A stretch of DNA of 63,835 bases, filler included, from Reclinomonas americana ATCC 50394 (Eukaryota): the NCBI GenBank assembly GCA_048213135.1. It is 16 parts of 16 records of this genome, joined end to end, with 100 filler letters (N's around TTAATTAATTAA, not from the genome) between each part and the next. Parts side by side here need not be neighbours in the genome. Positions count along the whole stretch, not along the records: positions 1 to 7,728 come from AFZH01018336.1; positions 7,829 to 12,757 come from AFZH01018339.1; 14 more parts are not named here. One strand, given 5' to 3'. The notes beneath the pieces were generated by a model. The model was given only the letters and a program-made list of their open reading frames with translations. It made no database searches and was not told the DNA's origin. Shown here piece by piece: positions 1 to 12,287 of this stretch; position 1 is the first letter of the stretch; every line of letters starts with the position of its first letter. A program made the translations under genes and the position numbers.

Positions 1-134
<134 letters not shown>

Positions 135-143
135 CCACCACAG

Positions 144-1215
144 AGTTCAGCTTCTGGACTGTGGAGGAGGCCAAGGAGCTGCTGCGCACGGAGGTGCTCC
201 CGCACAACCCGAATGCACCGGTGGCTGTGGAGGAGGCTCGCGTCGGCGATGTGCCCGACACTTTTGATGCTCGCCAGAAGTGGGCTGGCTGCAAGACCAT
301 TGGTTTGTCGAATGTCGCGAGGCTTACCTTTCATTCTGCACAAGCTCATGCCTTTTGTACCGTGCACAGGCACCGTCCGCGATCAGGAGAAGTGCGGTAG
401 CTGCTGGGCGTTCGCCGCCGGTGAGTGCTTGCGCCAATCCACCTCTTTGTCATTTCCCCTTCTCCTCACCTTTGCGTGATTGCAGCTGAGACTGCCTCGG
501 ACCGCTTCTGCATTGCCAACGACGGCGCCAGCGACGCTGAGATGTCGCCGCAGTACCTGGTGAGCTGCGACACTGGCAACGCCGGCTGCAACGGCGGCAA
601 CCTCGACCTGGTGTGGTCGTGGATCACCCGCCACGGCATTGTGTCTGTTGCGTTTGCCCGTTTTGTTCTGTTGTTGTTGCGCTTGTGCATTCCTCGCGCT
701 CATCGCGCATTCTGTAGGACGACTGCATGCCCTACACCTCCGGCGAGGGTGACTCTGGCGTCTGCCCGTCCCAGTGCAAGGACGGCTCGGCCTTCCGCTT
801 TGTCAAGTCCAAGAGCTACAAGCATGTGGGCGGCTTCCTCTCTCTGCACCGCGTGCAGGACATCCAGGAGGAGATCATCGCCAACGGCCCGGTGGAGACT
901 GGCTTCTCGGTCTACCAGGACTTCATGTCGTACAGCTCGGGTGTGTACGAGCACACCACTGGCGACCTGCTCGGCGGCCACGCCGTCAAGATCCTCGGCT
1001 GGGGCAACGAGAACGGCAAGGACTACTGGCTCGTCGCCAACTCGTGGGGTGAGAGCTGGGGCCTCAACGGCTTCTTCAAGATCAAGGTACGTCTCACAGT
1101 TCAATCAATTTCAATTCTCTTGTGTCTCACCAATGTGCCATTTTCATTTCTCCTCACGCAGCGCGGTGGCAACGAGTGCGGCTTCGAGGCCCAGGTCTAC
1201 GCTGGCTACTTCTAA
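144..1215 (+). CDS. CTSB: Cathepsin B-like papain-family cysteine protease (5' end outside window, multi-exon)
   Basis: Spliced exons give VPDTFDARQKW, RDQEKCGSCWAF (catalytic Cys), MSPQYLVSCD, GCNGG, GGHAVKILGWG (His) and YWLVANSWG (Asn). TAA at 1213-1215. Confidence 0.93.
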
Positions 1216-1350
1216 GCTCCTCGCTCCCTCCTTGAATCGTATTTTGAAACCTCTTCGATGTCGCAATCCGCGGCGTTGTCGTCGTCGTTGTTGATGATGA
1301 TGATGCAGTGAACGACTGTCGTGAGTGATGCTGCGCTGGGTCTTTCGTTG

Positions 1351-3486
1351 TTACTTTCCGTGCTTTGGCAACACCACCAGCACGTGCAGCCGCAAGATGG
1401 AGCACGCCGCTTCGGTGGCCATTCGCAGTTGTAGCTGCTTGCTGCAGAGTGGCTCCACGATGCCTCGCTCGCGCACATCTGTGATCTGTCGTGCCACACC
1501 ATCCACGCCGAGCCATATTCTCTCCACTTCCGTCGTCTCGTAGTGCGCGCGCAGCTGCTCGAGGCACTCGCTCACCTTCATGTCGGCATTGCGCAGCAGT
1601 GTGCGCGTCATGGACGACAGTGCCTGCCGACCTCGGTGATGAGTATCACTGAAACAGATGCACACATTGGACAGGAAACGCAACATCGGCGTACGCCAGG
1701 CCGCACAGCACTGCCGATGGGTCAGCCTGCGCCAGTGCCCACTCGCGCACTCGAACACTGGCGAGAACCTCGCACGCTCCTCCACCGGGACACACGCGCT
1801 GCGTGGCAAGTGCGTGAGGCACAAGCTTGTGCTTGAGAACATCTCGATCACGGCGACTCAACTGGCGATCGAAAGAGAGTGGAGACGGCGCACGCAGCAT
1901 CATGGAACGCACGCTCCATTTCCTCGGCACCCACTGTCTCCTGTTCAGTCAGGGCCCTGAGCCATTGATGAAAAGGGCAGGAAACGCACCTCGAGTCGAC
2001 GCTCGAAAGACAACCGTAGTGGCTCCCGCGGTCTCCACGACCACCGCGTGCGCATCCTCCTCGTCGGTGTCGGCCTCCAGAACGCGCAAACCAGTCACCT
2101 CAAACACCTTGGAGGCGGCAGCATCGCCGTCCAACTCGTCCGCCGCCACCACCGGTCGTGCGTCGACTGTGCGGCACAGTTCCTGCAGCACGGGTGAGCG
2201 AATGTCGACAAGGACTGTGATGATGCTCACCAACCTGCACTTGTGATCGCGACAGGGGGCCAACGAGCAGGATCTTGGCACGCGCAAACAACGACAGGGC
2301 CGCCTCGGAGACAGGTCGCTGCACGAGACTCTCCTGCACAAACACCGCCGACACATCTGACGAAGGAATTGAGAAGGAGAGCAGTGGCAAGAGTTGACGC
2401 AGTGCAGCTCGTACGCACCTAGTCGACGGAGCTTTGTAATCAGCGCCATGACGTGCTTGCGCTGCTCACGCACCACCCGATCGATCTCGTCCATTGACAG
2501 GGGCGTCGTCGGAGCAGGAGCAGCTGCTCCGCTGCGGAACGACAGTGCGTCGGCCTGTGCCGCGGTGTGAATATTTGAAAGTCTGCAAGAAAAACGCAGA
2601 CGCACGCAACTCGATCCAGTGGCATTTGCAGGACTGCGCACTTGTACGGACCGTCTTGAATCGGTGCGGTGACAGAGAATCGCTGTCGTGCGAAGCAAGT
2701 AAGAAAATGAATGAGTGCGTGCATGAAAGGGCCACGGCGACGCACATGAGCAGTGAGCGGTAGCACGAGACCACGCGTCACTTGCGATTCATCCATGCTC
2801 GCGCCAGCACTGCAGCGCACGTGCACATGCATGCGCGACAAATCGCCACCACACTGCCGACAAGCAGTCACCGCCAGTCTGTGGAGAGGAGAGGTGAGAT
2901 GTGCGGAGAGACTTTGAGACAGAGAAGCACACGCAACGAGGCCAGGCTGGGCATCGAGTGCGCCGAGATCTTGGACTGCAACGAGAGGCGAGCGCACTGC
3001 CACACACACGGCAGACGCAATAAGCAGCAGGTGGGGATGTAATAGATCCACCATCCCACCTGCAACAATATGTCCTCATCGACCGCAGGATCCAGCGACG
3101 CTGCGAGGCTCTCCACCGCACGGGTGGCCTCCTCGCACGCCTGCGCGAACGCACGCACGACCAGCGTCGCATGCACGCCGTCGCGAATCAGTGGCGCTGC
3201 CGCTGACAGCCTGCCACGAGTGTCACACGCAGGAATACAACTTGAGAATGCACAAGGGAGAAAACGCAACAGCGCGCAAGCCAGCAGCACCACCGACGTT
3301 GTCCCTGAATACACGTGGTGAGCTATGCGCTCGATCTTTGCCCCTCGAGCTCACCCTCCTGTGACAAACCATCGCCCACTTCCCGATCAATCGCCTGACT
3401 CGCCTGCACCAGCAGCCGGGTGGCCGGATGCCGCAGCTGCAACACGCTCAGCGCCGTCGCTCCGTCGTTGGTCACCACGAGATCGC
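1351..3486 (-). CDS. Divergent group II chaperonin (CCT/TCP-1 or BBS-chaperonin-like), multi-exon, 5' exon unresolved
   Basis: Exons encode DLVVTNDGATAL..HPATRLL..DREVGDG/TTSVVLLA, GVHATLVVRAF, VCPGGGACEV and GIVEPLCSKQLQLRMATEAACSILR. Confidence 0.8.
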
Positions 3487-3894
3487 CTGGGAGACACAGA
3501 GACAGAGCAGTGAATGACGAGGGAGGGAGGGAGTGAAGAAGGGAAGGGAGGGACAGGGATGAAGAGGAGGAGGAAGGGAGGAAGGAGCGCGTGCGTGAGA
3601 GTGAGGATGAGTATGTCTGTGTTTTCTTGTTGAATGAGCAAGAGCAAACTTCTCCTTCGAGCGCAATGCTCACTCACCCGCAGCACTGTCACGCTCACAC
3701 ATTCATCACGTTCTCCCTCGTCTTCTTTCTTTGTCTGGCTTCCCATTCATGCTCTTGTCTTGTCATTCTCAGTCACTCACAGCTCTCACTCTCTTTAACT
3801 TCCTTCTCATTCCCTTCCACTCGCACTCGCTCTTCTCTCACTCTCACACGCCAACCTCTGTTATCCCTTCTCTTCTTCTTTGCCATTCACAGCG

Positions 3895-4004
<110 letters not shown>

Positions 4005-4037
4005 TCTCACCCACTTTGCCTTTTCCACGACACGCAG

Positions 4038-5734
4038 GCCGAGCTCGGCTTCTGGATTCAGTGCATTGTCAATGAGCCGTTTGAGGTGGCGCGCATGAGA
4101 GCACTCGGCTTGCCTGTCGACTGTGTTGGTGAACAGCGTAATCGTAGCTACATTTCTTTGGTGTTATGTGACTCACATGTCGCGCGGGTGACGACAGGTC
4201 CCGGCTCGAGCTCAGTGGAGCCACGCAGTGTGATTGGTCAACGCATCCAGCAACTCGACTTTTCCGCGCTGTTGGACTCGGCAGGTGCCCAACTCATTCG
4301 CCTTCTTTTTTCTTTTTCTGGCAAGCACCGCGCTAACTACTCCTCTTCAGCGTTGAGCGACTTTGAACTGACAGTTGCCGGCAAGGACTACGCAACCCAT
4401 CGCTTCATTCTGCTGGCGCACTCGGATTTCTTCTCCGCCTACTTCAACATGATTCTGGGAGTTGCGTCGCGTCGCTCCGCGGCGAGTTCTAGTTGTCGTG
4501 GTGGTGGCTCTCACTCCTCTGAGTTGCAGCCGTCAAAAGCGCGATTTGCTGAGGTGCCAAACGGCATGTCGATGGAGATGCCACACAAGGATTGCGAGCG
4601 GCTGTTTCCCGACGTACTTCGCTACATGTACACTGGTGCGTGCTCACACGATTAGTCTCTCTCTCTCTCATGCACACACTCACTTGTCAATGTGCAGGCA
4701 TCATTTCTTACAATCGACGCGACCTGGTGCTCCTCACCTTCATTGCCGATTTTCTGCTCATGCGCAAGTTGAGTGAGAAGCTGCTTGGCGAAATCATCAA
4801 CACGGTGGCGTTGCGCCCGAGCGCGGAGGATGTGGCAATCATGTTCAAGCAGGTTGGTCTTGCTTCGAGTTTGCGTGTTGTGACGGTTGCTCACCTGTGG
4901 CTGGCGGAACAGAGTTCGCACGGCTCTGACGAGACCATGGCCGCGGCCACAACGCTGCTGATTCATCACCCACCAGCCGAGATCTCCGACGCAATGCTGA
5001 GTGACCTGATGGCGGCTACGTCGCTGGAGAAGTTTTGTCGGGTGCTGGCGAGTGCGGAGCTGGCCGTGGCGAATGAGGATGTGGTACGTGGTGTGACCAT
5101 TCTGTGGTGCGCTTCGTTTTTGCGATGTCTTGCCCACGCCCGCGACGATGCAGGTGTATTATTTTGTGGAGAGAGTAATGTCACTGACGCGATCCGCGGC
5201 CGGCAAGAGCGAGCAGTCGAGTGGCAAGAAGGATGCCACGCCATCAAAGCGCGCGTCGGCCTCACCTGGACCGCGAAAGTCAGCGTCGGCGACGGCGGCC
5301 GCCAGTGCAGCATGTTTCGTGTGCATTGCTCATCCTCCGTCTCAATCTCCTCCCTTCACTAACCTATTCCTCCTCCAGCTGTGCCCTCGTCATCGTCGTC
5401 GCCCGCGCCACCTTCCTCCTCCTCTTCTTCTTCTTCCTCCGCCTCTGTGGCGGAGCTGCTGGAGCAGTGGGCGAGTGCGTTCTTCCGCTGCGTCAGCTAT
5501 CCGCACCTGTCGAAGCAGTGCCTGGGTCGTGCGGCGGTCTGCAATTTGATTCCCGACGACATCAAGCTCAGTGCCATTATGCCCGCCGCCTCTGCCTATC
5601 TCACCGACTCGCACGTATGGAAGAGCTCTTCGCGGGTTCGTATCTGCATGGGATGTTGCCGCACGCTCTCCATTGTGCTCACCCACCGTGCACAGCGGCG
5701 ACTGCTGTTGAAAAAGCCCTTCAACGTCAGCTGA
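4038..5734 (+). CDS. BTB/POZ (BACK-like) domain protein, multi-exon, start unresolved
   Basis: SDFELTVAGKDYATHRFILLAHSDFFSAYF, LFPDVLRYMYTG, LLTFIADFLLMRKL and CRVLASAELAVANEDV. Confidence 0.82.
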
Positions 5735-5846
5735 TGATAGGATGACATTGGCGCGTGTCGACGGGGCATCTTCAGCAAAACAGAAATTATCGTGTATTTG
5801 TTTGAGAGAGACGTTCACCAGTCGTGCTGACCACCGAGGTCGTCAT

Positions 5847-7728
5847 TTATCGGGGTGGCACAGCTGATCCGCGAGGTGACACGATCAAATTCATGGTGGA
5901 CTTGCGTGAGCGACGAATGAACTTGTCGACCTCGTAGTTGCTGGCCTCGGTTGGCTGTGCAAAATTGTACAGCCGGCTGCTGACATAGGTCTTGCGTCTG
6001 CACACGGGCACCGAGGTTTTGAGCAGTGTTCCACAGGCAACGCGAACACAACAAATGCAGCAAGCACATACCGAGACTTTGGCGGTTTCTTGACCTTTGG
6101 TTTCTCACTGCGAGCCGACAGTGACGGCGCTGGCTGGATGGTCGACGAGCGCCAGGTGTTGAGGGACCGTGCGCTGGCGGCGGCAGCAGCAGCACGGTCA
6201 GTGGACACCATGTGTCCACGGTACCCCGCAACCGCCGACACGTCCAATCGCGGCACGGTTACCGACTGCTCTCGCGTCTGCGGCCGACTGCCGCCAGCAC
6301 TGCGACTCGTCGGCGATCCCCGGTCCTCAAAGTCCTTCACCATGTCGTCTGTGTCGTCCATGACGGTGCCAGATGTCTTTGCCAGCAGCGGAGGCACGTT
6401 GGCAAGATCGGGCCACCGCCGACGCGGTGACAGCGGCGTATCCTGGTCGGCCAAACGCACCGGCACCTTCTCAATCGTGTTGTAGGTCGAGTACACACCA
6501 GTCATGTCGACGTACGGCGGCAACTGTGGTCGCGGCGGAAGCTGCGACACGCGTACGACAATTAGATTGACGCACACACAAACACACACACCGAAAAATG
6601 CACTGCTCACCGGCGACGGGCTCCGCACGTTCTCCTCACGCCACCACTCCCAACCCGGCGCCTCCACCCCGTCGGGCATCTCAGTTTCCACGAGAGCCGT
6701 ATGGCGCACGGTGGCAGCGCTGCGAGCCAGTCGCTCCTTGCCACGGAATCGATTGCGGTTCGATTCGCGCAGCTCGTTCTTGTCAAAGTCGGAGGCCGCC
6801 GACCCTCTGTCCTCTGCACCACCCTCTCCTGCGTGAGACACGAACCTCGAATGCAAATATAAAACAAACACAAGAGCGAGCCAAACCATCGAACAGGCGC
6901 ACAGATCGACTGCCACTGGCCGATGGCGGAGAGCGAACAGAGCCGAGAATATCACGCACACCAGCAATATGGCGGTTGGCAGACAACTCGGCATCGGTCG
7001 CGTCGCTCACATCAATCTCCGCAATTCGCCGCGATGCCGCCAGCGATTCCTCAGCTGCCTCCACTCGCTCACGCTCACCCGGTTTGTACACACGCAACCG
7101 CAGCAACTTGCGACCATTGCTGCCCAACGGTGAGCCGGGCATGCTGTTGACGGGTGGCGGGGAAGCAAAGGCGGGTCGCACGGGCTCGGGCGACGACACC
7201 GGCAGGAGAGTGGCTGCGGGGTCAACTTCGCGAGGCGGATTCACCAGCGGTCGATGCATGCGTAGTGGATTCGGCGACCGCGTGGCACTCGCAGTATCCT
7301 TTACAGTTGCATCGAACCGCCTCGGCGACATGGTTCCTGCTACGCACACAATAAGTACGAGTGAAGAATACTCGGGACAACCACATTGACGCGCACACAC
7401 CATTCAATGGCTGTGCGGCGCCGGTGTTGGCGGTTGCGGTACCATCGGCGGTGGCGTCGGGTCGCGAGTCACGTGGTGTGACCATGGTGGAGGGCGTAGC
7501 CGATGGTCTCTTGGACTGGAGCGGACTGACAAGAGCCGACGACGGCGGCAACACGACTCCAAGCATCTGCGACACACGCATCCGCGTCGACAGTGGCGAG
7601 CACAAGGAGAGCGCAGGCAACTCCGTGGCATTTCCGGCGGTGTGGTCGGCGTTGGCCAAGGCTGAACGGGGGCTGCCGAAAGTCAGCGCCGCCTCCAACA
7701 ACTCTAGTGTCTCCGGCTGCTCGACGAT
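5847..7728 (-). CDS. Hypothetical Ser/Pro/Arg-rich, probably disordered protein (5' part lost in gap)
   Basis: Chain of GC-rich minus-strand exons with GT-AG introns ending SPRGSAVPPR-TAA. No recognisable domain. Confidence 0.55.
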
Positions 7729-7828
7729 NNNNNNNNNNNNNNNNNNNNNNNNNNNNNNNNNNNNNNNNNNNNTTAATTAATTAANNNNNNNNNNNNNNNN
7801 NNNNNNNNNNNNNNNNNNNNNNNNNNNN
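7729..7828. other. Artificial 100-nt scaffold gap spacer (first of 15)
   Basis: N-run, TTAATTAATTAA, N-run (stops in six frames). The others start at 12758, 15091, 26631, 30616, 32694, 37728, 42188, 44646, 46576, 47844, 49931, 51707, 60972 and 62723. USP22 and COQ2 continue across their gaps, so at least those joins are collinear. Confidence 0.98.
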
Positions 7829-7920
7829 ATCTCCTCCCCTCTCCTCCCCCCTTGTTCCTCTCCTCACCTCCTTCTCCTCCCCTCTCCTCCCTCCCCTCCC
7901 TTCTCCCCCTCCCACTGCAG

Positions 7921-10900
7921 TGTGCGCGCCAATCAAAACCGCACCGTCCGCATGGAGACAGCGCCCGTTCGCTCGCTCACCAGCAAGGGCACTGTGCGCC
8001 TCACCATGAGCCCGTCGTTCAAGTTGCGTGCTCGTGCCCCCGACTCTGTGAGCGATGTGTTTTCTGACAGCATGTGCAGGTACCTTGCCGTCGTCTACGA
8101 GGATGCCAGGAGATACCAGATTCTGTCAGTGGGCACAAAGAGCAAGGATGTTGCGCGTCCTCCTCGCCGTGTCTACAACCTCTACGTTCCTTTGTCTCTC
8201 TCTGACGTGCACTTGCAGGTGATCCAAGATGGTCAAGCTTTCCAGGTCGAATGGTGCTCTGTGGAAGACCGCTTCGCCGTGTTCAACACTGGTGAGTCGA
8301 GGGAGAGCGCGCACATCCCCCCACTTCTCTTCACCAATTCCCTCCGTTGCCGCAGATTTTCGCGACCGCTCCTCCATCTCTGTGCACGTGATCGACGACT
8401 CGACGAACAAGTTGCGTCGACTGCAGAGTGCGCTCGTCTCCCCATCTGCCCACTCAATTGCGTCGCAGTGTGCGCACGGCCATTCCACAATACGCGACAC
8501 CTTTGGCGGGCGGTCGCATCTTTGGCGGTCCCTTTATTGGCATCTCCTACATTTACCACGAGGCGGCCACTCGTGCAGGCTACTTCCAGTTTTATTCGTG
8601 GAGTGCCGAGCAGACCATGGGAGGGTGAGCAGGCGAGCCGAGTCAATGTGAATTTCTGTTTTCCACTGACGCTGTGTTGTTGCTGTTGTTGCTACTGCGC
8701 AGCACACTTCCGCGGCCGATTGATGTGTTCTGGGACAAGAGCCACGCACTCTGTGTGCTGACTTTTGTCGACGAGTTCTGCGTGTTTGCGATGAAGTTGT
8801 GTTCGGGGTTTGCTTTGTTGTTGTTATCGGTGTGCTTACTCACACACACACTCGTGCACTGCAGGCCGGCCATGACGCTCATTTCGCGCGTCCCCGGCTT
8901 TGTCAAGTCCGGAATGTGGTTCAATCGCACATTCTTCTTCGCCACCGACGAGGAGATTCGCTGCCGTTGCGTGATGTCTCAACACGTAGTTGGCTATCTG
9001 TCCAGCCGCTAAACTCTCTGTGCGCCTTTTGTAGTCTTCCCGCACCCCTCTCACATGGAGGTCATTACGTTGGCCTCGTTGAATGTGAGTGCCTCCAATC
9101 AGTTCCGCGCCTCGCAGCAGGGCAATCTACAGGATCCGGCCACGTTGCGTCTCGTCTTTGGTCCGCCCGTCCCAAATCGACGTCTCCTCTCTCACACACG
9201 CTCCCCACCCGCTCCCCACAGACCATCACAGGCCAACACGCACATTTCCTCGCGCCCGGCGGGTCTCGTCTCCATTGTGGATGTGTTTGACGGAGTTGCG
9301 TTGTGCTCCCTATCGCCCACGTGTGCATCCTGTGTTGTCTGATTGTGTGCGTGGTTGATGTCAGTTCCTGTGCATTGCCGACGCATACCACAACATTTTC
9401 TTCATTCCACTGGATGACATGGCTCTCAAGTTCCGCATCTTGGTCAACGCCGGTCACATTGATGCGGCGCTGCACTGGTGCGTTGAGTGTGTTGTTTGTC
9501 AAGCGAGTGTCTGCTTGTGGCTCACTGAATTATTCCCCATTGTGTTCCCTATTCCTTCTCTCTCCCCTTGTGTTCCGTCTTCCTTCCTTTTATTGCCTTC
9601 TTCATGTGTTGTCTCCTTTCTGCATTCTCCCTTCATCTGCCCCCTTTCGCCTCCCCGTTCTCGCTTACCGTTGCCCCATCTTTGCTTCCCCCTTGCTCCC
9701 AACTTTGCTTCCCACGTTCTGTCTTTACTCCTTTGCTTCCCTCACCTTGCTAACTCTCTCCTTGCTTCCCTTCTTTGCTTCCCCCTTTGCTTCCCCCTTT
9801 GCTTCCCCCTTCATCTGCCCCCTTTGCTCTCCCTTTGCTCCCCCTTTGCTTTCCCTCTGTCCGCGTTCCTCTTCGTCTTCCCTTTGCTCCATCCTTTGTT
9901 TCCCCCTTTACTCCTTGTGTCGCTTCCCCTCTCCTCCTTCACTCTTTCCTCCTTCCCCCTTCCCCCTTCTCTTCCCCCTTCTCCTTCCCCTTCCCCCTTC
10001 CCCTTTCCCCTTCCCCTTCCCTCTTCCGCCCCACCGCAGGTTGCCCCTCATCCACCAAAAGCACTACACTCGACTGGCGGACTTTTTGCAATCTCGAGGC
10101 TTCCCGCAGCGCGCTGTGCGGTTGCGCAATGTGCCCACTGCTCGCAAGGTGAGCAGCGCAACGCTTTCTCATTTTTCACCCACCGCGGTTTCTCGTTTCT
10201 CACCCGCTGTTGCAGATTGAGATATGCCTCAACCACAAGCTCTTCAACGAGCTATTCGATGTGCTGCTGGTGGCCGAGGATGAACTGAATGAGTGGCAGA
10301 AGAAGCCACAGATTGAGGGTGTGTGTCGCACACTTGCTCTATTCGCTTGCCCTTCTTCTTTCTGCAATTATTGATGGCATGTCCGCGACAGGTCACAAGC
10401 TGCTCTTTGGGCGCACATATGCTCACTGTGGTGCGCTGGCCGAGGAGGAGCAGAATCACGATGCTGTCATTCGTGCATACGAGGAGGCTGGTCGATTCAT
10501 TCCGCGGTACGTTCCAGTTGTGTCTCTTCTCACCGCCCACGTGGCTGCCTCATTTTCTCCTTCGCCTGCTCAGCGCGTACCGCCACTTGATTGTGTACCT
10601 TGCTCGCGGTGGCTACACAGACGAGTTGAACGAACTGGCCACCAAGTTGGCGCAAGAGTTTCGCCGCACCGCCTTTCCTGCCTGCTTTCTTGCCTGTTCA
10701 CCATCGTCGCTGACTACGTACGTTCCGTTACAGTGAGCTCTTTGAGGAGGCGGCACTGGCGTCGTCACTGCTCGGCAACTCGGCACTCACCAAGTCGCAC
10801 TCAGTCAATGCGCACAATTACGCTCACGCTGCTCTGCTGTCCCTCTCACGGTGAGCGCCTTGCTGTCGTTGCTCGTGCACGCACGCGACCTGCGCCCTTC

Positions 10901-12220
10901 TCACCTCATGTCCGTGTGTTTTATTTTTCAGCAACGAGGAGACGGCAACGTTGGTGAAGCAGTGGGCACAGTATCTGGGCGACAAATTCCCCGACTTTGC
11001 GCGCGTGGAAATGGATGCCACGGTCAACGTGCCCATTCCTGCTTTCCGCGAGCGACGTGCAGCTGCACCCGCCGCTTCGTCATCGTCCTCCACCACGATC
11101 GCTGGCGATGGCGCCGCCAGTGCGTCGGGTGTCACCGATGACAGTGTGCCGGCACCGTACGCGGGCGACAAGCCGGTGGTGGTGGTGCCGACGATTGGTG
11201 TCTCCGGCCCCGATGCCTCACCACAGCGTCCCAACTCGGGATCATCGTCGCCGCGCATTCAGGGTCGCGGATCCGTGGTGTTTGACAGTTGAGTGTGTGT
11301 GTGTGTATGTCAAAGAGTTCCTCTCTGCTGACACCCGCCGACGCAGTCGAGCAAGGCTCGGATATCAACGCTCCCAAAATCCCCGGCGCTCTCTCTGGCG
11401 GCTCTTCGCGGCGGTCGGGCTCCACTCGTGCGGCAGGCGTACGCTCTCGCAGCTCCACGCTGCTGGTGTCGAACAATGGCGGCTCACAGGCCTCGTCGAC
11501 TCGTGGTACGTTCTACTCACGTGACTTCTTGGTGTGCTGACCCCTCGCGCTGACCTCGCACTTGCCCAACTCCATCAGCAGCCGGGAAGGGAACCGGCAC
11601 TGGTTCCCTGGAGACCGGCTCTCTGTCGTCCCTCAACAGCCCGCCAAACACCAACACGTCGACCGGCGCCAAGGATGGTGGATCAGGTTACGTACCAACA
11701 TTTAATGTCGCGCTTGTCTTCCGCATATCAGCCATCTCACTCTGCCTCTCGGTCACAGAATCCCTGGGCAGTGCAAATGCCAACCCAGCGCCCATGTCGG
11801 CGCCAACACTGACAGTGGACGCGCTCGCCGTCAGCACCATTTCTGCGGCGACTGCACCGGCCGCCGGGGCCAGCACAATGAGCTCGTCTGCATCGACACG
11901 AAAGAGGAGCACCAGCTTTAGTTGCGCATCACGCCAGTGCTTGTCTCACTCTCAGTCACCTCTCTCACCACACCGGTGTGATCGCAGTGGGTACTCGGCG
12001 ACCGGCACGACCACGATCGACGACCATTGGCAGTGACCGAGATTTGGTGCCCGGACAAGCCGGCAGTGCGGCTCCTGCTGGCACTGCCGACGGCGAGCCG
12101 AAGCCTGCCGATATGCCTGAAGACTACGTTCCGCCGCCTCTGGTCGGCTCCAATCGCGCACCGTCGCCGACGGACACGGCCGACACGGTGTCGGAGCCCG
12201 AGTTCGACACGGAGTTGTGA
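7921..12220 (+). CDS. TSET/TPLATE complex subunit TTRAY2 (TWD40-2-like), C-terminal part, multi-exon
   Basis: Spliced motifs recalled as matching plant TWD40-2: VRLTMSPSFKYLAVVY, VEWCSVEDRFAVF, IFGGPFIGISY, FQFYSW..LPRPIDVFWD, SGMWFNRTFFFAT, SRPAGLVSIVDVFDG, LKFRILVNAGHIDAALHW and HYTRLADFLQSRGFPQRAVRL. Low-complexity tail ends TGA at 12218-12220. Confidence 0.8.
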
Positions 12221-12287
12221 CGAGTGCCTGTGAGAGCTTGCAGTGTACATGCACATTCAGAAGACTAATATGCATACTTTGTTTTTA

